A stretch of 58,208 nt of DNA from Chromatiales bacterium (GTDB lineage Bacteria > Pseudomonadota > Gammaproteobacteria > Steroidobacterales > BM003), in NCBI GenBank assembly GCA_002868855.1, contig PKUM01000126.1, positions 1 through 58,208 of the forward strand, written 5' to 3'. Position numbers and translations under genes: made by a program. This document shows, piece after piece, positions 11,768 through 22,179 of the stretch (positions are counted from its first letter, which is position 1; each line of letters starts with the position of its first letter). Below the pieces are notes generated by a model. It ran no database searches. It saw only the letters and a list, made by a program, of their open reading frames with translations, and was not told where the DNA came from.

Positions 11768-13024
11768 TCAGCCCTGCACCAGGAACAGAGATAAAGAGGG
11801 CCAGAATGTAATGATAATTACAGCGACTAAGAGTATCAGCAGAAACGGTAACGTCGCCAGATACACAGAGGTGATCGAGCGCTCGAAACGGAAACTTGCA
11901 ATGAACAGGTTAAGGCCAACCGGCGGCGTCAGGTAACCGAGCTGCATCGCGGAGAGAAATACGATCCCAAGGTGGACCGGGTCGACCCCGAAACTTGCGG
12001 CGACCGGGAGTATTAGCGGCACTACGAGAACAAGCGCAGAAAAAATATCGAGGATGGCCCCCAGCGCCAGCAGAAACAGCAAAAGGGAAACCAGGAACGT
12101 GGTCTGCGAGTCGACATGAGTCTGGGTCAACGCCAGCAGCTTGTCCGGCACGCCTGCGAAAATCATATAGTTCGTGGATGCTAACGACACGCCAAGAATG
12201 ATGAGGATTCCTCCGACCAGAACCATCGCTTCACGCATAATGCGAGGCAGGCTGCGCAGAGGCACTTCACGCAAAACAATGACGTCGATAAAAATGACAT
12301 AGAAAGCGGTAACCGCGGCGGCCTCGGAAACCGCGAAGAAGCCGCTGTAGATTCCACCGAGCACGACAATCGGCAGTGGCAACTCCCAGCGCGCGGCCCA
12401 CAGCGCACGCCCTACTTCGGCCGCGGAGAATTGATCGAACGGCACGCGGATCGAACGATTTCGCCAAAGACTCCAGCCGCCGAGCATTGCGAGCATCAGA
12501 ATTCCAGGGAGCAATCCGGCCCGAAACAACTGATCGATCGAGACCTCGGCAACGACTCCATAGAGAATCAGCGGTAGCGAAGGCGCAAAAAGCAGACCGA
12601 GGCTTCCGGAAGATGTCACCAGCCCCAGATTGAAATTGTCCGGATATCCGGCATGTTTCAAAGCCGGATAAAGCAAAGCCCCCAGCGCAATAATGGTAAC
12701 GCCCGATGCACCCGTAAAGGCAGTGAACAGCGCGCAGGCGACAAGCGAGATCATCGCCAGCCCGCCGGGCATCCAGCCAAGCAGGGCTTCGGATAAATGC
12801 ACCAGGCGTCGCGGCGCTCCGCTCTCGCTCAGGAGATAGCCGGCAAAAGTAAACATCGGGATCGCCATCAGAAGCGGCAGATCGGTCAGCCCGAAAACGC
12901 TGATGGCAACGATCGAGAGCGGATCGCCCTGCTGGTTAAATCCATTCAGCGCACTTGCGCCGATAACCGCGAATAGTGGCGCACCCAGCAACGCCAGAAG
13001 AATCAGCACCAGGGCAGCTATCAT
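11768..13024 (-). CDS. dctM: TRAP transporter large permease
   Basis: AIPMF..AG, TGASG, YLTPPVGLNLF, many TM segments; ATG 13024 overlaps the dctQ stop. Confidence 0.9.
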   Translation of the reverse strand: MIAALVLILLALLGAPLFAVIGASALNGFNQQGDPLSIVAISVFGLTDLPLLMAIPMFTFAGYLLSESGAPRRLVHLSEALLGWMPGGLAMISLVACALFTAFTGASGVTIIALGALLYPALKHAGYPDNFNLGLVTSSGSLGLLFAPSLPLILYGVVAEVSIDQLFRAGLLPGILMLAMLGGWSLWRNRSIRVPFDQFSAAEVGRALWAARWELPLPIVVLGGIYSGFFAVSEAAAVTAFYVIFIDVIVLREVPLRSLPRIMREAMVLVGGILIILGVSLASTNYMIFAGVPDKLLALTQTHVDSQTTFLVSLLLFLLALGAILDIFSALVLVVPLILPVAASFGVDPVHLGIVFLSAMQLGYLTPPVGLNLFIASFRFERSITSVYLATLPFLLILLVAVIIITFWPSLSLFLVQG

Positions 13025-13536
13025 GATTGCGCCGCCCCACCGTCGAAGAGCCCAAGCACTTCGCGAATCATCGATACAAAATAGCGATAGGCAATGAGAG
13101 CAAAGCCGCCGGGCACAACTGACTGGAAATACCACGCCGGAAGACCGAGGAACTCGTCTCCGATCTCGCGCGAGGCGGAGAGTAACTCAAGACCGTACCA
13201 GGCGATGATCAGGCACACGGCAACAGTAAAAAGATGGAGCACGATTCTAACCAGCCGCTGCAGGACCGACGGCAACAAACGGGTAATGACATCGATATTG
13301 ATCTGCTTGCCATCGCGACTTGCGGCCAGCGCCCCGAACATCGCAATCCACAGCACCATCTGGTCGAGCACGCTGTCTGCCCACAGCCAGCTGGTTTCCA
13401 GCACGTTACGCAGAAAGATCTGGGCGGTAGCCAGAAAAATCATGCCGCCCAGCAGCGCCACGAGGATGAACGTCTCTACGTGGCGGCCTATGCGGTCAAG
13501 CCGTTCCAGAAAAGTGCGGTAGGCCGGCTCAGCCAC
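13021..13536 (-). CDS. dctQ: TRAP transporter small permease
   Basis: About 4 TM segments, QI.LRN, W..MFGA, I.IDV; lies between dctP and dctM. Confidence 0.87.
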   Translation of the reverse strand: MAEPAYRTFLERLDRIGRHVETFILVALLGGMIFLATAQIFLRNVLETSWLWADSVLDQMVLWIAMFGALAASRDGKQINIDVITRLLPSVLQRLVRIVLHLFTVAVCLIIAWYGLELLSASREIGDEFLGLPAWYFQSVVPGGFALIAYRYFVSMIREVLGLFDGGAAQS

Positions 13537-13539
13537 GAA

Positions 13540-14556
13540 CTATTGCGCTCGCGCCTGCCGCGCGCCGGTCCGGTATTCCTGAATATACTCGAGCATTTTG
13601 TCCAGCATCTCTTCCGAGTACATGCCCTGCCGAGCCAGGTCGCGGTTGGTCTTTTCGATGTCGGCGCGCCACTTGGCGATTTCCCCGTCAGCGGGTTTGA
13701 CGAACTCCAGCCCGGAGGAAACCAGCGCCGTCTTTGCCTTTACATTGTCAGCGCGATTCTGGACGTTGAAGTCGGCATACACACGTCCGAGCACCTCGCG
13801 CACCACCGCTTGATCAGCTGGCTGAAGGCGGTCGAAATAGCGCTTCTCAATCACCATGTAACCGATCGTGTAAAGCACCGGAAAATCTGTCACATACTTC
13901 ACTTTGGTGTGCCACTGCAGCACTACCGCGCCAACCGGCGGGGTTGCCACGATATCGAGAAGACCGGTCTGTAGCCCTGTCAGCACATCGGTCAACGGCA
14001 GGGGAACCGGTGCAAGCCCGAGACTTTTCATGGTTTCCGCCAGAACGGGATCGCCGTCCGGAATCCACACTTTCTGACCCTTCAGATCGGCAAGCGTGGT
14101 CACCGGTTTGTTCGACATGATCAGTGCAAATCCGCCACCGGCCAGGCCAAAACTCACCATGCCGGCTTCTTCCATGCCTTTGATCAGGTCTACGTCCATC
14201 TTCTGGCGGACATAGTCGACCTCTTCGAGATCGTTGAAAACCAACGGCAAGGTGTACAGCTGAATATCGTTATAGATGTTCGTGAGACTGCTCGGCGTAA
14301 ACACACTGCCGTGCAACTGGCCCGTTCGCATCTTGAGCAGTACCTGGCGGTCGGTGCCCATCACGCCGCCGCCATAAAATTTAAGCTGCACCCTGCCCTC
14401 TGTACGCTCCTTGATCTCAGCGGCTCCGGCGCGCATGTCCTTCATCCAGACCGTACCTTCCGGCGCGATACTGGCAATTTTCAACGTAATCGCGGCCGCC
14501 GGTGTCATCCAGCCCAAAACAAGCAAAAACACCGTCATGGAAATTGCACGAATCAT
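13540..14556 (-). CDS. dctP: TRAP substrate-binding protein (DctP/TatP type)
   Basis: Signal peptide, LKIASIAPEGT.W, GRV.LKFY.GG.MG, DLKG.K, LQTG.LD. Confidence 0.9.
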   Translation of the reverse strand: MIRAISMTVFLLVLGWMTPAAAITLKIASIAPEGTVWMKDMRAGAAEIKERTEGRVQLKFYGGGVMGTDRQVLLKMRTGQLHGSVFTPSSLTNIYNDIQLYTLPLVFNDLEEVDYVRQKMDVDLIKGMEEAGMVSFGLAGGGFALIMSNKPVTTLADLKGQKVWIPDGDPVLAETMKSLGLAPVPLPLTDVLTGLQTGLLDIVATPPVGAVVLQWHTKVKYVTDFPVLYTIGYMVIEKRYFDRLQPADQAVVREVLGRVYADFNVQNRADNVKAKTALVSSGLEFVKPADGEIAKWRADIEKTNRDLARQGMYSEEMLDKMLEYIQEYRTGARQARAQ

Positions 14557-14586
14557 GGAATCTCTCTCCTTGGAGCAGACCAGGGC

Positions 14587-15450
14587 TCAGAAATAATCGT
14601 CCGCCGACGCAAGCAGAATTTCTGCCTGTCGTTGCGCCAGCACATTGAACAGGGTCAGACCCGGTACATCCGGATCCGCAGCGAGAACCTCGCCCAGCAA
14701 TCGGTCATGCAGCTCGCGATCATAGACGAGTCGTGCATACGTTCGCGCAAACTCCACCTTGACCGAAAGATCCCGACCGCCTGTAAGCTCGATCGCGCGC
14801 TCGAAGTACTGCCGCCCGACCTCCGGATTGCCTCCCAGCGCGGGCGGACGAATACTGTTCAGAATGCCGAGGTAAAGATCGATATTGCCACCGTCGAAAT
14901 CCTGATCCAGCTCGTAAAGCCGGTTCAGTACGGCCTCGACTTTCGGCAAATCGGCAAGAACCTCCCAATCGTCGGTATGGGCCCGGGTAAAAGCCAGCCA
15001 GCTGACTGAATAGGCGTACAGCGCTTCGATATCCCGCTCGCCAACCTTGGTCAGCGCCGCATCGAATTCGTCGAATGACAGCTCCGACCAGCCGCAGGCG
15101 GGCTCATGCTGCACGCATATTGCGCGCGACCCGTAATCGAAACTGCGCTGGGTCAGACGTTTGGCGCGCGCGTCGTCGTCCACGAAAACAGAGCCATAGG
15201 CGGCGTAAAGATTCGCCGCCCCGGACAGCGTACCGACGCTTTCAGGATTGCCCTCGACAAGGCTGTCCATCAGCAGCAGATAGGCCGGCGCACCATCACG
15301 AACAGTTTCCGGATCGTTCTGGTTCAGAATCGCGTTGGACAAATTGTCGGACATTCGATCGGTGGCACGCTCCACCAACACGCTGCAAGCACCGAGCGTC
15401 AGGGTCGACGCCAGCACCAACAATCGCAGTCTTGCGTTAGCCAAAGTCAT
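14587..15450 (-). CDS. tatT: TRAP-T (TatT) TPR-like lipoprotein of a TPAT transporter
   Basis: Lipobox LGAC, helical protein with RPPALGGNPE.G..YFERAI; directly upstream of dctP. Start at 15450 or 15483. Confidence 0.8.
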   Translation of the reverse strand: MTLANARLRLLVLASTLTLGACSVLVERATDRMSDNLSNAILNQNDPETVRDGAPAYLLLMDSLVEGNPESVGTLSGAANLYAAYGSVFVDDDARAKRLTQRSFDYGSRAICVQHEPACGWSELSFDEFDAALTKVGERDIEALYAYSVSWLAFTRAHTDDWEVLADLPKVEAVLNRLYELDQDFDGGNIDLYLGILNSIRPPALGGNPEVGRQYFERAIELTGGRDLSVKVEFARTYARLVYDRELHDRLLGEVLAADPDVPGLTLFNVLAQRQAEILLASADDYF

Positions 15451-15580
15451 ACCGGGATTTTTTGCATCCGCGCTCTCAGCCATACCCGGTGTTTTGATCG
15501 CGCAGCTCCGGATTGGTTCGACTACCGTCGCATACGGCACCGAAATTGGCGGATGCCATATGCGACGACCGCGGATTCCG

Positions 15581-15925
15581 CTATATCTTCTCTTTGATTC
15601 GGGCCGCTTTACCGGTCCGATCACGAAGATAGTAGAGCTTGGCCCGTCTTACGTCGCCACGACGTTTGACCTTGATGCCCTGTATGGCCGGACTGTAGGT
15701 CTGGAAGACCCGCTCCACACCCTCGCCATGCGACATCTTGCGAACCGTAAAAGAGGAGTTGAGTCCACGATTCCGTTTCGCGATCACGACGCCTTCATAA
15801 GCCTGCAATCGCTCACGGCTGCCCTCAGTTACCTTGACCTGCACGATCACAGTGTCACCAGGACCGAATTCGGGGACATCCCGCTGCATCTGTTCCTTTT
15901 CCAACTCGTCGATGATATTGCTCAT
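15581..15925 (-). CDS. rplS: 50S ribosomal protein L19
   Basis: [40 protein letters not shown]. Confidence 0.98.
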   Translation of the reverse strand: MSNIIDELEKEQMQRDVPEFGPGDTVIVQVKVTEGSRERLQAYEGVVIAKRNRGLNSSFTVRKMSHGEGVERVFQTYSPAIQGIKVKRRGDVRRAKLYYLRDRTGKAARIKEKI

Positions 15926-15961
15926 AGTCCTCACCTGCCTGCAGGTCGTCGTTTTTCAAAC

Positions 15962-16720
15962 TCAACCGCCGTTGCGGTCCCCGTCGCCCTCTTCGGCGAT
16001 GAATTCATTCAAAAGGTCAATCTGTTCCTGCGTCAACCGCAAATTATCCAACAAGTCCGGGCGCCTCAGCCAGGTCCGCCCCAAAGCCTGCTTCAGTCGC
16101 CAGCGGCGTATTTCCTCGTGGTTGCCGCCAAGCAAAACCGGCGGTACCGCCATCCCGTCGACAACCTCCGGCCGGGTGTAATGCGGGCAGTCGAGCAAAC
16201 CCGAAAAAAACGAGTCTTGTTGTGCCGACTCGGAGTCGCCCAGTACACCGGGCAACAACCGCAAGACCGCATCGATCACCACCGCCGCGGCGAGTTCGCC
16301 GCCGCTTAGCACGTAGTCTCCGATCGATAATTCCTCGTCGACCTCCGAGGCGATCAGCCGCTCGTCTACGCCTTCATACCGACCCGCCACCAGTATCATG
16401 CCTGGCAGCTCGGACAATTCGCTCACAACCGCATGATTCATCACGCGCCCCTGAGCACTCAAATATATCGTTTTACTGCCTTGCGGTGCCGCCGCGCGCG
16501 CGGCTCTGAGCGCGCTGCGCAGGGGTTCCACACCCATCACCATGCCCGGTCCGCCGCCGTACGGCCGATCATCGATACTGCGATGACGATCGTTCGCATA
16601 CTCGCGCGGATCCCACGTGGCGATGCTGGCAACACCGCGATTGATGGCCCGTCCAGTAACGCCGTATCCGGTCGCGGCCGCAATCAGATCCGGAAAAACC
16701 GTGACTACATCAATACGCAT
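15962..16720 (-). CDS. trmD: tRNA (guanine-N1)-methyltransferase
   Basis: [43 protein letters not shown]. Confidence 0.97.
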   Translation of the reverse strand: MRIDVVTVFPDLIAAATGYGVTGRAINRGVASIATWDPREYANDRHRSIDDRPYGGGPGMVMGVEPLRSALRAARAAAPQGSKTIYLSAQGRVMNHAVVSELSELPGMILVAGRYEGVDERLIASEVDEELSIGDYVLSGGELAAAVVIDAVLRLLPGVLGDSESAQQDSFFSGLLDCPHYTRPEVVDGMAVPPVLLGGNHEEIRRWRLKQALGRTWLRRPDLLDNLRLTQEQIDLLNEFIAEEGDGDRNGG

Positions 16721-16748
16721 CCTCACCAACTCCAGGCTACGTCGCGTG

Positions 16749-17258
16749 TCAGAATTCCGGGTCCCAGTCGACCTCCATCCGCCCTTGTTCAAGATCGATT
16801 CCGCGAACGACATCGGGCCGCACAAACGGAATCAGATGTTTCCTGTCACCGACGACAACAAGTACATCGTTGGCGCCGGTCTCGATCATCGAGGCGATTT
16901 GCCCTAGCGAAACGCCGTCCTTGGTGACGACGTCCATGCCCAGCAAATCGGCCCAGTAGTACTCACCTTCCGCACACCGCGGCATTTCGGCCCGGTCCAC
17001 GCATATCTCGCTATCCATAAGCGCCAGTGCAGCGTCCCGATCCTCGATTCCGCTGAGTTTTGCCACCAGGCCACGACCCTGCTCGCGCCCTTCGGTCATC
17101 TCATGAGTCGCGCTGCTACCGTTTTTTCGCAGCATCCATCGCGGATAGTTCAAAATGTTGCCCATCGGCCTGGTGTAGGAAAAAACCTTCACCCATCCGC
17201 GGACACCATGCGCCCCACTCACGCGCCCAAGTACGACGGTAGAATCGGCGAAAGCCAT
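16749..17258 (-). CDS. rimM: Ribosome maturation factor RimM
   Basis: [38 protein letters not shown]. Confidence 0.96.
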   Translation of the reverse strand: MAFADSTVVLGRVSGAHGVRGWVKVFSYTRPMGNILNYPRWMLRKNGSSATHEMTEGREQGRGLVAKLSGIEDRDAALALMDSEICVDRAEMPRCAEGEYYWADLLGMDVVTKDGVSLGQIASMIETGANDVLVVVGDRKHLIPFVRPDVVRGIDLEQGRMEVDWDPEF

Positions 17259-17289
17259 GCTGCGACCCGGTGCGGCCACTGGCCAGCGA

Positions 17290-17544
17290 TCAGGCCTGCG
17301 CCGTTTTCCGGAACTGCTTAATCAGGCTGGCGACTCGCTCCGACGGCTGCGCGCCCTGTCCGAGCCAGTGTTCCGCGCGCTCGAGGTCGATCCGCAGCCT
17401 CTCCTCACCGCCGGTGGCGATTGGATTGAAAAAGCCAAGCCGCTCTATTGAACGACCATCCCGACGCTTCCTGCTGTCGGACACAACAATGTGGTAGAAC
17501 GGGCGCTTCTTTGCCCCGCCGCGGCTAAGCCGAATGCTAACCAT
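17290..17544 (-). CDS. rpsP: 30S ribosomal protein S16
   Basis: [35 protein letters not shown]. Confidence 0.98.
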   Translation of the reverse strand: MVSIRLSRGGAKKRPFYHIVVSDSRKRRDGRSIERLGFFNPIATGGEERLRIDLERAEHWLGQGAQPSERVASLIKQFRKTAQA

Positions 17545-17581
17545 CTGAATATAAAACCTCAGCTAACGCTAGAAATGATCA

Positions 17582-17634
17582 GGCCCGTCGTAGCGCAAGC
17601 TCTTTCGACGGGCCCTGCTAAACCCTCTATTTTA
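17582..17634 (-). promoter_or_regulatory. Putative rpsP promoter -10 (TAAAAT) and 5' leader hairpin
   Basis: Minus-strand TAAAAT at 17629-17634; 9-bp stem GGCCCGTCG/CGACGGGCC at 17582-17614. Confidence 0.4.
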
Positions 17635-17669
17635 ATCGATTCCCGCCAAAAGGGAAGGGTCCAGGAAGA

Positions 17670-19025
17670 CTAGCGGCCAAACCCTCTTGGCATGCCCGGC
17701 ATTCCTTGCATCATGCGCTTGAGTCCGCCCTTGGACGCCTTTTTCATTACCTTCTGCATTTGCGTGAATTGTTTGAGCAGTCGGTTGACATCCTGAGCCT
17801 GCACCCCCGATCCCGCGGCAATACGACGTTTTCTCGAAGAATCGATAATCTTCGGGAATCGCCTTTCCTTGGGGGTCATCGAGTTAATGATCGCGATTTG
17901 GCGCCGGATCTGACGATCATCGAACCCGCCGGGCAGCCCGCCTGGCGGTGCCATGTTTCCGGGCAGCTTGTCGAGAATTGCCTCCAGCCCGCCCATCTCG
18001 AGCATCTGACTCAGTTGCTCGCGCAAATCGGCCATATCGAGGCCTTTGCCTTTGCGCAGTTTTTTCGCGAGCCGTTCGGCCTTGTCTTTGTCGACCTGTT
18101 CCTCGACCTGCTCGACCAGCGACACGACATCGCCCATGCCGAGAATTCGGGACGCGATGCGCTCCGGGTGGAACACTTCGAGCGCGTCGGATTTCTCGCC
18201 AACGCCGACAAACTTCACCGGTTGACCGGTAACCTGGCGAACCGACAGTGCCGCACCGCCACGCGCGTCACCGTCGGCCTTTGTCAGCACAATGCCGGTA
18301 AGCGGCAACGCTGCGGCAAAGGCCTCCGCCGCGCGCACCGCATCCTGCCCCGTCATTGCATCCACCACAAACAGCGTCTCGACCGGTTCGCAAGCCTCGT
18401 GGACGGCTTTGGCCTCGGCCATCATCTCGTCGTCGACGTGAAGCCTGCCGGCAGTATCAACAATCAATACATCGACCAGCCGTTTGCGCGCTTGCTCGCG
18501 CGCATCTGCCGCTATCTTCGCAGCCGGAGTCTTGGGGTCGGTCGGGAAAAATTCAGCGCCAACCTGTCCGGCGAGCTGCTCCAGCTGCTGAATGGCCGCG
18601 GGCCGGTAGATGTCCGCGCTGGCAAGCATGACTTTTTTCTTGTCGCGCTCAATCAGGCGGCGCGCGAGCTTCGCGCTGCTGGTGGTTTTGCCTGAGCCCT
18701 GAAGCCCCGCCATCATGATTACTGCTGGGGGTTGAGCCCGAAGGTTCAGCGAACCGGCATCGCCGCCCATCACCGCGACGAGTTCGCTATGGACAATTTT
18801 GATGAAAGTCTGGCCGGGAGTAAGGCTTCGCTTCACCTCTTCGCCGAGCGCGCGTGCGCGCACTCCATCGATAAACGTCTTGACCACCGGAACCGCAACA
18901 TCCGCTTCCAGCAGCGCCATCCTTACCTGGCGCAGCGCGTCCTTGATATTGTCGTCGCTCAATCGGCCCTTGCCGCGCAATCGCGCTGCGGCCTGGCCGA
19001 GACGTTCGCTCAGATTCTCAAACAT
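17670..19025 (-). CDS. ffh: Signal recognition particle protein Ffh
   Basis: ALLEADV, GLQGSGKTT, DTAGR, TK.DGDARGG, RILGMGD, Met-rich M domain. Confidence 0.98.
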   Translation of the reverse strand: MFENLSERLGQAAARLRGKGRLSDDNIKDALRQVRMALLEADVAVPVVKTFIDGVRARALGEEVKRSLTPGQTFIKIVHSELVAVMGGDAGSLNLRAQPPAVIMMAGLQGSGKTTSSAKLARRLIERDKKKVMLASADIYRPAAIQQLEQLAGQVGAEFFPTDPKTPAAKIAADAREQARKRLVDVLIVDTAGRLHVDDEMMAEAKAVHEACEPVETLFVVDAMTGQDAVRAAEAFAAALPLTGIVLTKADGDARGGAALSVRQVTGQPVKFVGVGEKSDALEVFHPERIASRILGMGDVVSLVEQVEEQVDKDKAERLAKKLRKGKGLDMADLREQLSQMLEMGGLEAILDKLPGNMAPPGGLPGGFDDRQIRRQIAIINSMTPKERRFPKIIDSSRKRRIAAGSGVQAQDVNRLLKQFTQMQKVMKKASKGGLKRMMQGMPGMPRGFGR

Positions 19026-19116
19026 CGATAAACCCGGGTGCGGCCTGGCCGCAAGCAGAGGATTTCAGCGCGCACATGATATCGCCTGGCGCCGGCGAGC
19101 GACAGTCGGACCGGAG

Positions 19117-19884
19117 TCAGAGCTGCAGTACTGAACCGGCCTCGAGGCGACGGATTCGCCGCTCCGGCAGTGCAGCGAGGACCTCATCCATGATCTCCTC
19201 CTCCTCACCTGGTTTCATTGCCGTGAGCCAGATATCCGGCGAATGCGACAATTTGCCGAGGTCACTGGCGAGCGTGCGCGGGCAATAATGCCCCGATTGC
19301 TCCGCGAGCTCATGCTGGCGGTTCGGAAAAGATACCTCAATGACCAGCACATGCACGTCCGGGTATGCGTTCAGAACCGGCCACAGAGTCCGGTTGGTGG
19401 TTGTGTCGCCGCTGAATGCAAGAACTTTATCGCCGGCCTCGACACAATAGCCAAGCGTCGGAACCGCATGCTTGACGTCGACCGCGCGAACGACCCTGCC
19501 GCCACAATCGACGACAGCACCCGACTCAATCGGCCGGTACTTTATTGCCGCTGCCTCGACAGAAGGGATTCGGGAAAAATCGGGCCACATCACGTCATTG
19601 AAAAGATGACTCTGGAGCGCCGCGATAGTCGCCGGATGGGCATAAATTTCCAGCGGGCGGCGGCGAAATGTCTCGAATACGGCATCCACGAACAGTGGCA
19701 GGCCGACAGTATGGTCAAGGTGTGAATGGGTTAGAAACAGGCGCTTCACGCAGCGCAATTCGTCCAGAGTCAGGTCGCCGACACCAGTACCGGCGTCGAT
19801 AAGAATGTCGTCGTCAATGAGGATCGCAGTCGTACGCAAGCCAGCGGCAATGCCGCCACTGCAACCCAGAATTCTTACCTGCAT
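19117..19884 (-). CDS. Class II 3',5'-cyclic-nucleotide phosphodiesterase (metallo-beta-lactamase fold)
   Basis: RILGCSGG, IDAGTG, THSHLDH, HLFN..MWPDF, EVSFPN. Confidence 0.8.
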   Translation of the reverse strand: MQVRILGCSGGIAAGLRTTAILIDDDILIDAGTGVGDLTLDELRCVKRLFLTHSHLDHTVGLPLFVDAVFETFRRRPLEIYAHPATIAALQSHLFNDVMWPDFSRIPSVEAAAIKYRPIESGAVVDCGGRVVRAVDVKHAVPTLGYCVEAGDKVLAFSGDTTTNRTLWPVLNAYPDVHVLVIEVSFPNRQHELAEQSGHYCPRTLASDLGKLSHSPDIWLTAMKPGEEEEIMDEVLAALPERRIRRLEAGSVLQL

Positions 19885-20020
19885 GGAGCCCTTTTCTCCG
19901 GGTGTCGGCTCAGCTTCGACAACGCGCGCCGAAACCGATATCTGCAAGCCTTCTCATGCAAGCAGCCATGTGCGAAGATTTACTGTCCTGCAACGCTAGA
20001 TCCTCAGGGTACCTCTTTCT

Positions 20021-20824
20021 GTGCTTCAAATCACAGTTCCAATTCTATACGCCGCTGCGGCACTTGTACTGCTGAGATCGGCCAAGCCTGATCAGGCCTC
20101 GGCCTGGTCCTCGCCACCGCTAGGGATGGCGTTGGGGGTAAGCGCGTTATTGCTACACAGCAGTCTTTTGGCGGGCGCTATCTTCATCGATGGGACCCTC
20201 GCGCTGGGGCTCGGCAACGTAATCGGACTGATCGGTTGGCTGACTGCGATTCTGGCGCTTGCCGGGAGCGCCAAACCCGATATGCGGGGGCTTGCCGGCA
20301 TCCTCCTGTGCGTTGCGGCGGCCATGTCGATTGGTACGGCCTTGCCGTTGGCCAGCAGCTTTACTCGCGCGATGACGTGGCAATTGCAGGCTCATGTGAT
20401 GATGTCCATGCTGGCCTACTCCATGCTCGGTATCGGGGCGGCGCTGGCATTGTTGATAGCGGCCCAGGACAGGCGTCTTCGACAACGTCGTCCGACCGGT
20501 TGGCTGCGTATCCTGCCGCCAATGGAAACGCTTGAACAGTCGTTATTCGCTGCTTTAACTATTGGTTTTCTGCTATTGAGCCTCGCGGTTTTCAGCGGTT
20601 TGATTTTCGTAGAAGACCTGTTTGCCCAGCATCTCGTTCACAAGTCAGTGTTGTCGATTCTGGCCTGGCTCATTTTTGCGGTGCTGTTGGCGGGACGGTG
20701 GCGCTATGGCTGGCGTGGCAAGCGTGCCGTCCACTGGACGCTGGTCGGATTCGCCGTACTCGCGTTGGCATATTTCGGTAGCAAGCTGGTACTGGAAGCA
20801 TTGCTCGGACGGCAATGGGGATAA
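20021..20824 (+). CDS. ypjD: CcsA-like inner membrane protein YpjD
   Basis: About 8 TM segments, LPP.ET.E, HK.VLS..AW, GWRG, LAYFGSK; divergent from ffh and followed by yfjD. Confidence 0.85.
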   Translation: MLQITVPILYAAAALVLLRSAKPDQASAWSSPPLGMALGVSALLLHSSLLAGAIFIDGTLALGLGNVIGLIGWLTAILALAGSAKPDMRGLAGILLCVAAAMSIGTALPLASSFTRAMTWQLQAHVMMSMLAYSMLGIGAALALLIAAQDRRLRQRRPTGWLRILPPMETLEQSLFAALTIGFLLLSLAVFSGLIFVEDLFAQHLVHKSVLSILAWLIFAVLLAGRWRYGWRGKRAVHWTLVGFAVLALAYFGSKLVLEALLGRQWG

Positions 20825-20905
20825 CTCGCCGCGACCGGTTTCCTTGACACGGTACCCGCCAGAGCCCCAACATTTAACCGCAATCAGCCGACCAGAAATA
20901 ATTTC

Positions 20906-22168
20906 TTGAACGAAGACGTTCCTTTATCCCTGCTTTTTTCCCTGCTTGTTTTTTTGCTGCTGTTGTCTGCGTTTTTCTCCAGCAGCGAAACCGCGCTAAT
21001 GACGCTGAACCGGTATCGTCTGCGCCATCAGGCTCGCGCAGGCAACCGGTCGGCCAAACTGATCGAAACGTTGCTATCGCGACCGGACCGACTTATCGGG
21101 CTGATCCTGCTCGGCAACAACCTTGTCAACATCTTCGCTGCATCGCTGACGACTATCATCGCGATTCGGATCGGCGGCGACTCCGCGATCGCGGCTGGCG
21201 CTTTGATCCTGACCGTCGTCATTCTGATTTTTGCCGAAGTAACGCCGAAGACGCTCGCCGCCTTGCAACCCGAGCGCGTTGCAAAGCCGGCTGCTTATGT
21301 CTACTACCCCCTGTTAAAACTGACCTACCCAGTGGTGTGGCTGCTCAACGCGATCAGCAACGGCATACTGCTGCTTCTGGGAGTCTCGCCCAAGAAGCTG
21401 AGCGGAGATGCGTTGAGCCAGGAGGAATTGCGGACCGTCGTCATGGAGGCGAGTTCGCTGATCCCGCGCCGGCACAAACGAATGCTGCTGTCTATTCTCG
21501 ATCTTGAAAACGTGGCAGTCGACGATGTCATGGTGCCGCGCAACGAGATAGTCGGCCTGGATCTGGACAACAGCATCGACGAAATTCTGAGCCAGTTGCA
21601 GAGCTCGCCGCACACCCGTCTGCCGCTATACCGGGAAAACCTCGACAACATTCTCGGCATTGTCCATATCCGCAAGCTCGCCCGACTTTTGACCTCCGGC
21701 CGACTGGACCGCGACAGCCTGTGCGATCTCGCGCGCGAGCCTTATTTTGTACCGGAAGGCACACCGCTGCACGTACAACTGGTCAATTTTCAGGCTTCCA
21801 AGCGCAGGTATGCACTGGTAGTGGACGAGTACGGAGACATTCAGGGGCTGGTGACCCTGGAAGATATCCTCGAGGAAATCGTCGGCGAGTTTACCGCGAT
21901 GCCGATTACTTTGTACCAGGAAGCAGACCGCCAACCCGATGGCAGCTACGTTGTCAGCGGAACAGCAAATATTCGCGACCTCAACCGGTCGCTGAACTGG
22001 GACCTTCCCACTGACGGGGCCAAGACCGTCAACGGGCTGATCCTCGAGGAACTAGAGACCATCCCCAGCCCCGGCACAACGCTCGACATAGACGGGTTTT
22101 CCATCGCAATCATGCAAACCGCCGACAAGGCAGTTAAGACTGTCAGAATTCGAAGCACCGATTCATGA
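20906..22168 (+). CDS. yfjD: HlyC/CorC (CNNM/DUF21-CBS-CorC) transporter YfjD/CorB
   Basis: SAFFSSSET, LLGNNLVN, FAEVTPK, MVPR, VVDEYG..GLVTLEDILEEIVG. Confidence 0.9.
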   Translation: MNEDVPLSLLFSLLVFLLLLSAFFSSSETALMTLNRYRLRHQARAGNRSAKLIETLLSRPDRLIGLILLGNNLVNIFAASLTTIIAIRIGGDSAIAAGALILTVVILIFAEVTPKTLAALQPERVAKPAAYVYYPLLKLTYPVVWLLNAISNGILLLLGVSPKKLSGDALSQEELRTVVMEASSLIPRRHKRMLLSILDLENVAVDDVMVPRNEIVGLDLDNSIDEILSQLQSSPHTRLPLYRENLDNILGIVHIRKLARLLTSGRLDRDSLCDLAREPYFVPEGTPLHVQLVNFQASKRRYALVVDEYGDIQGLVTLEDILEEIVGEFTAMPITLYQEADRQPDGSYVVSGTANIRDLNRSLNWDLPTDGAKTVNGLILEELETIPSPGTTLDIDGFSIAIMQTADKAVKTVRIRSTDS

Positions 22169-22179
22169 TCGAATTGCGC

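Noticed and set aside
13025-13135. N-terminal extensions in the ORF track (dctM here; also trmD, rplI, rpsF, kbl, tatT, ABC exporter, acyl ligase, nhaC)
   Set aside because: They overlap upstream genes, promoters or leaders; downstream starts match family N-termini
15448-15510. Weak tandem similarity upstream of tatT (KTPGM/KNPGM)
   Set aside because: Too degenerate to separate from chance; it only makes the start codon ambiguous
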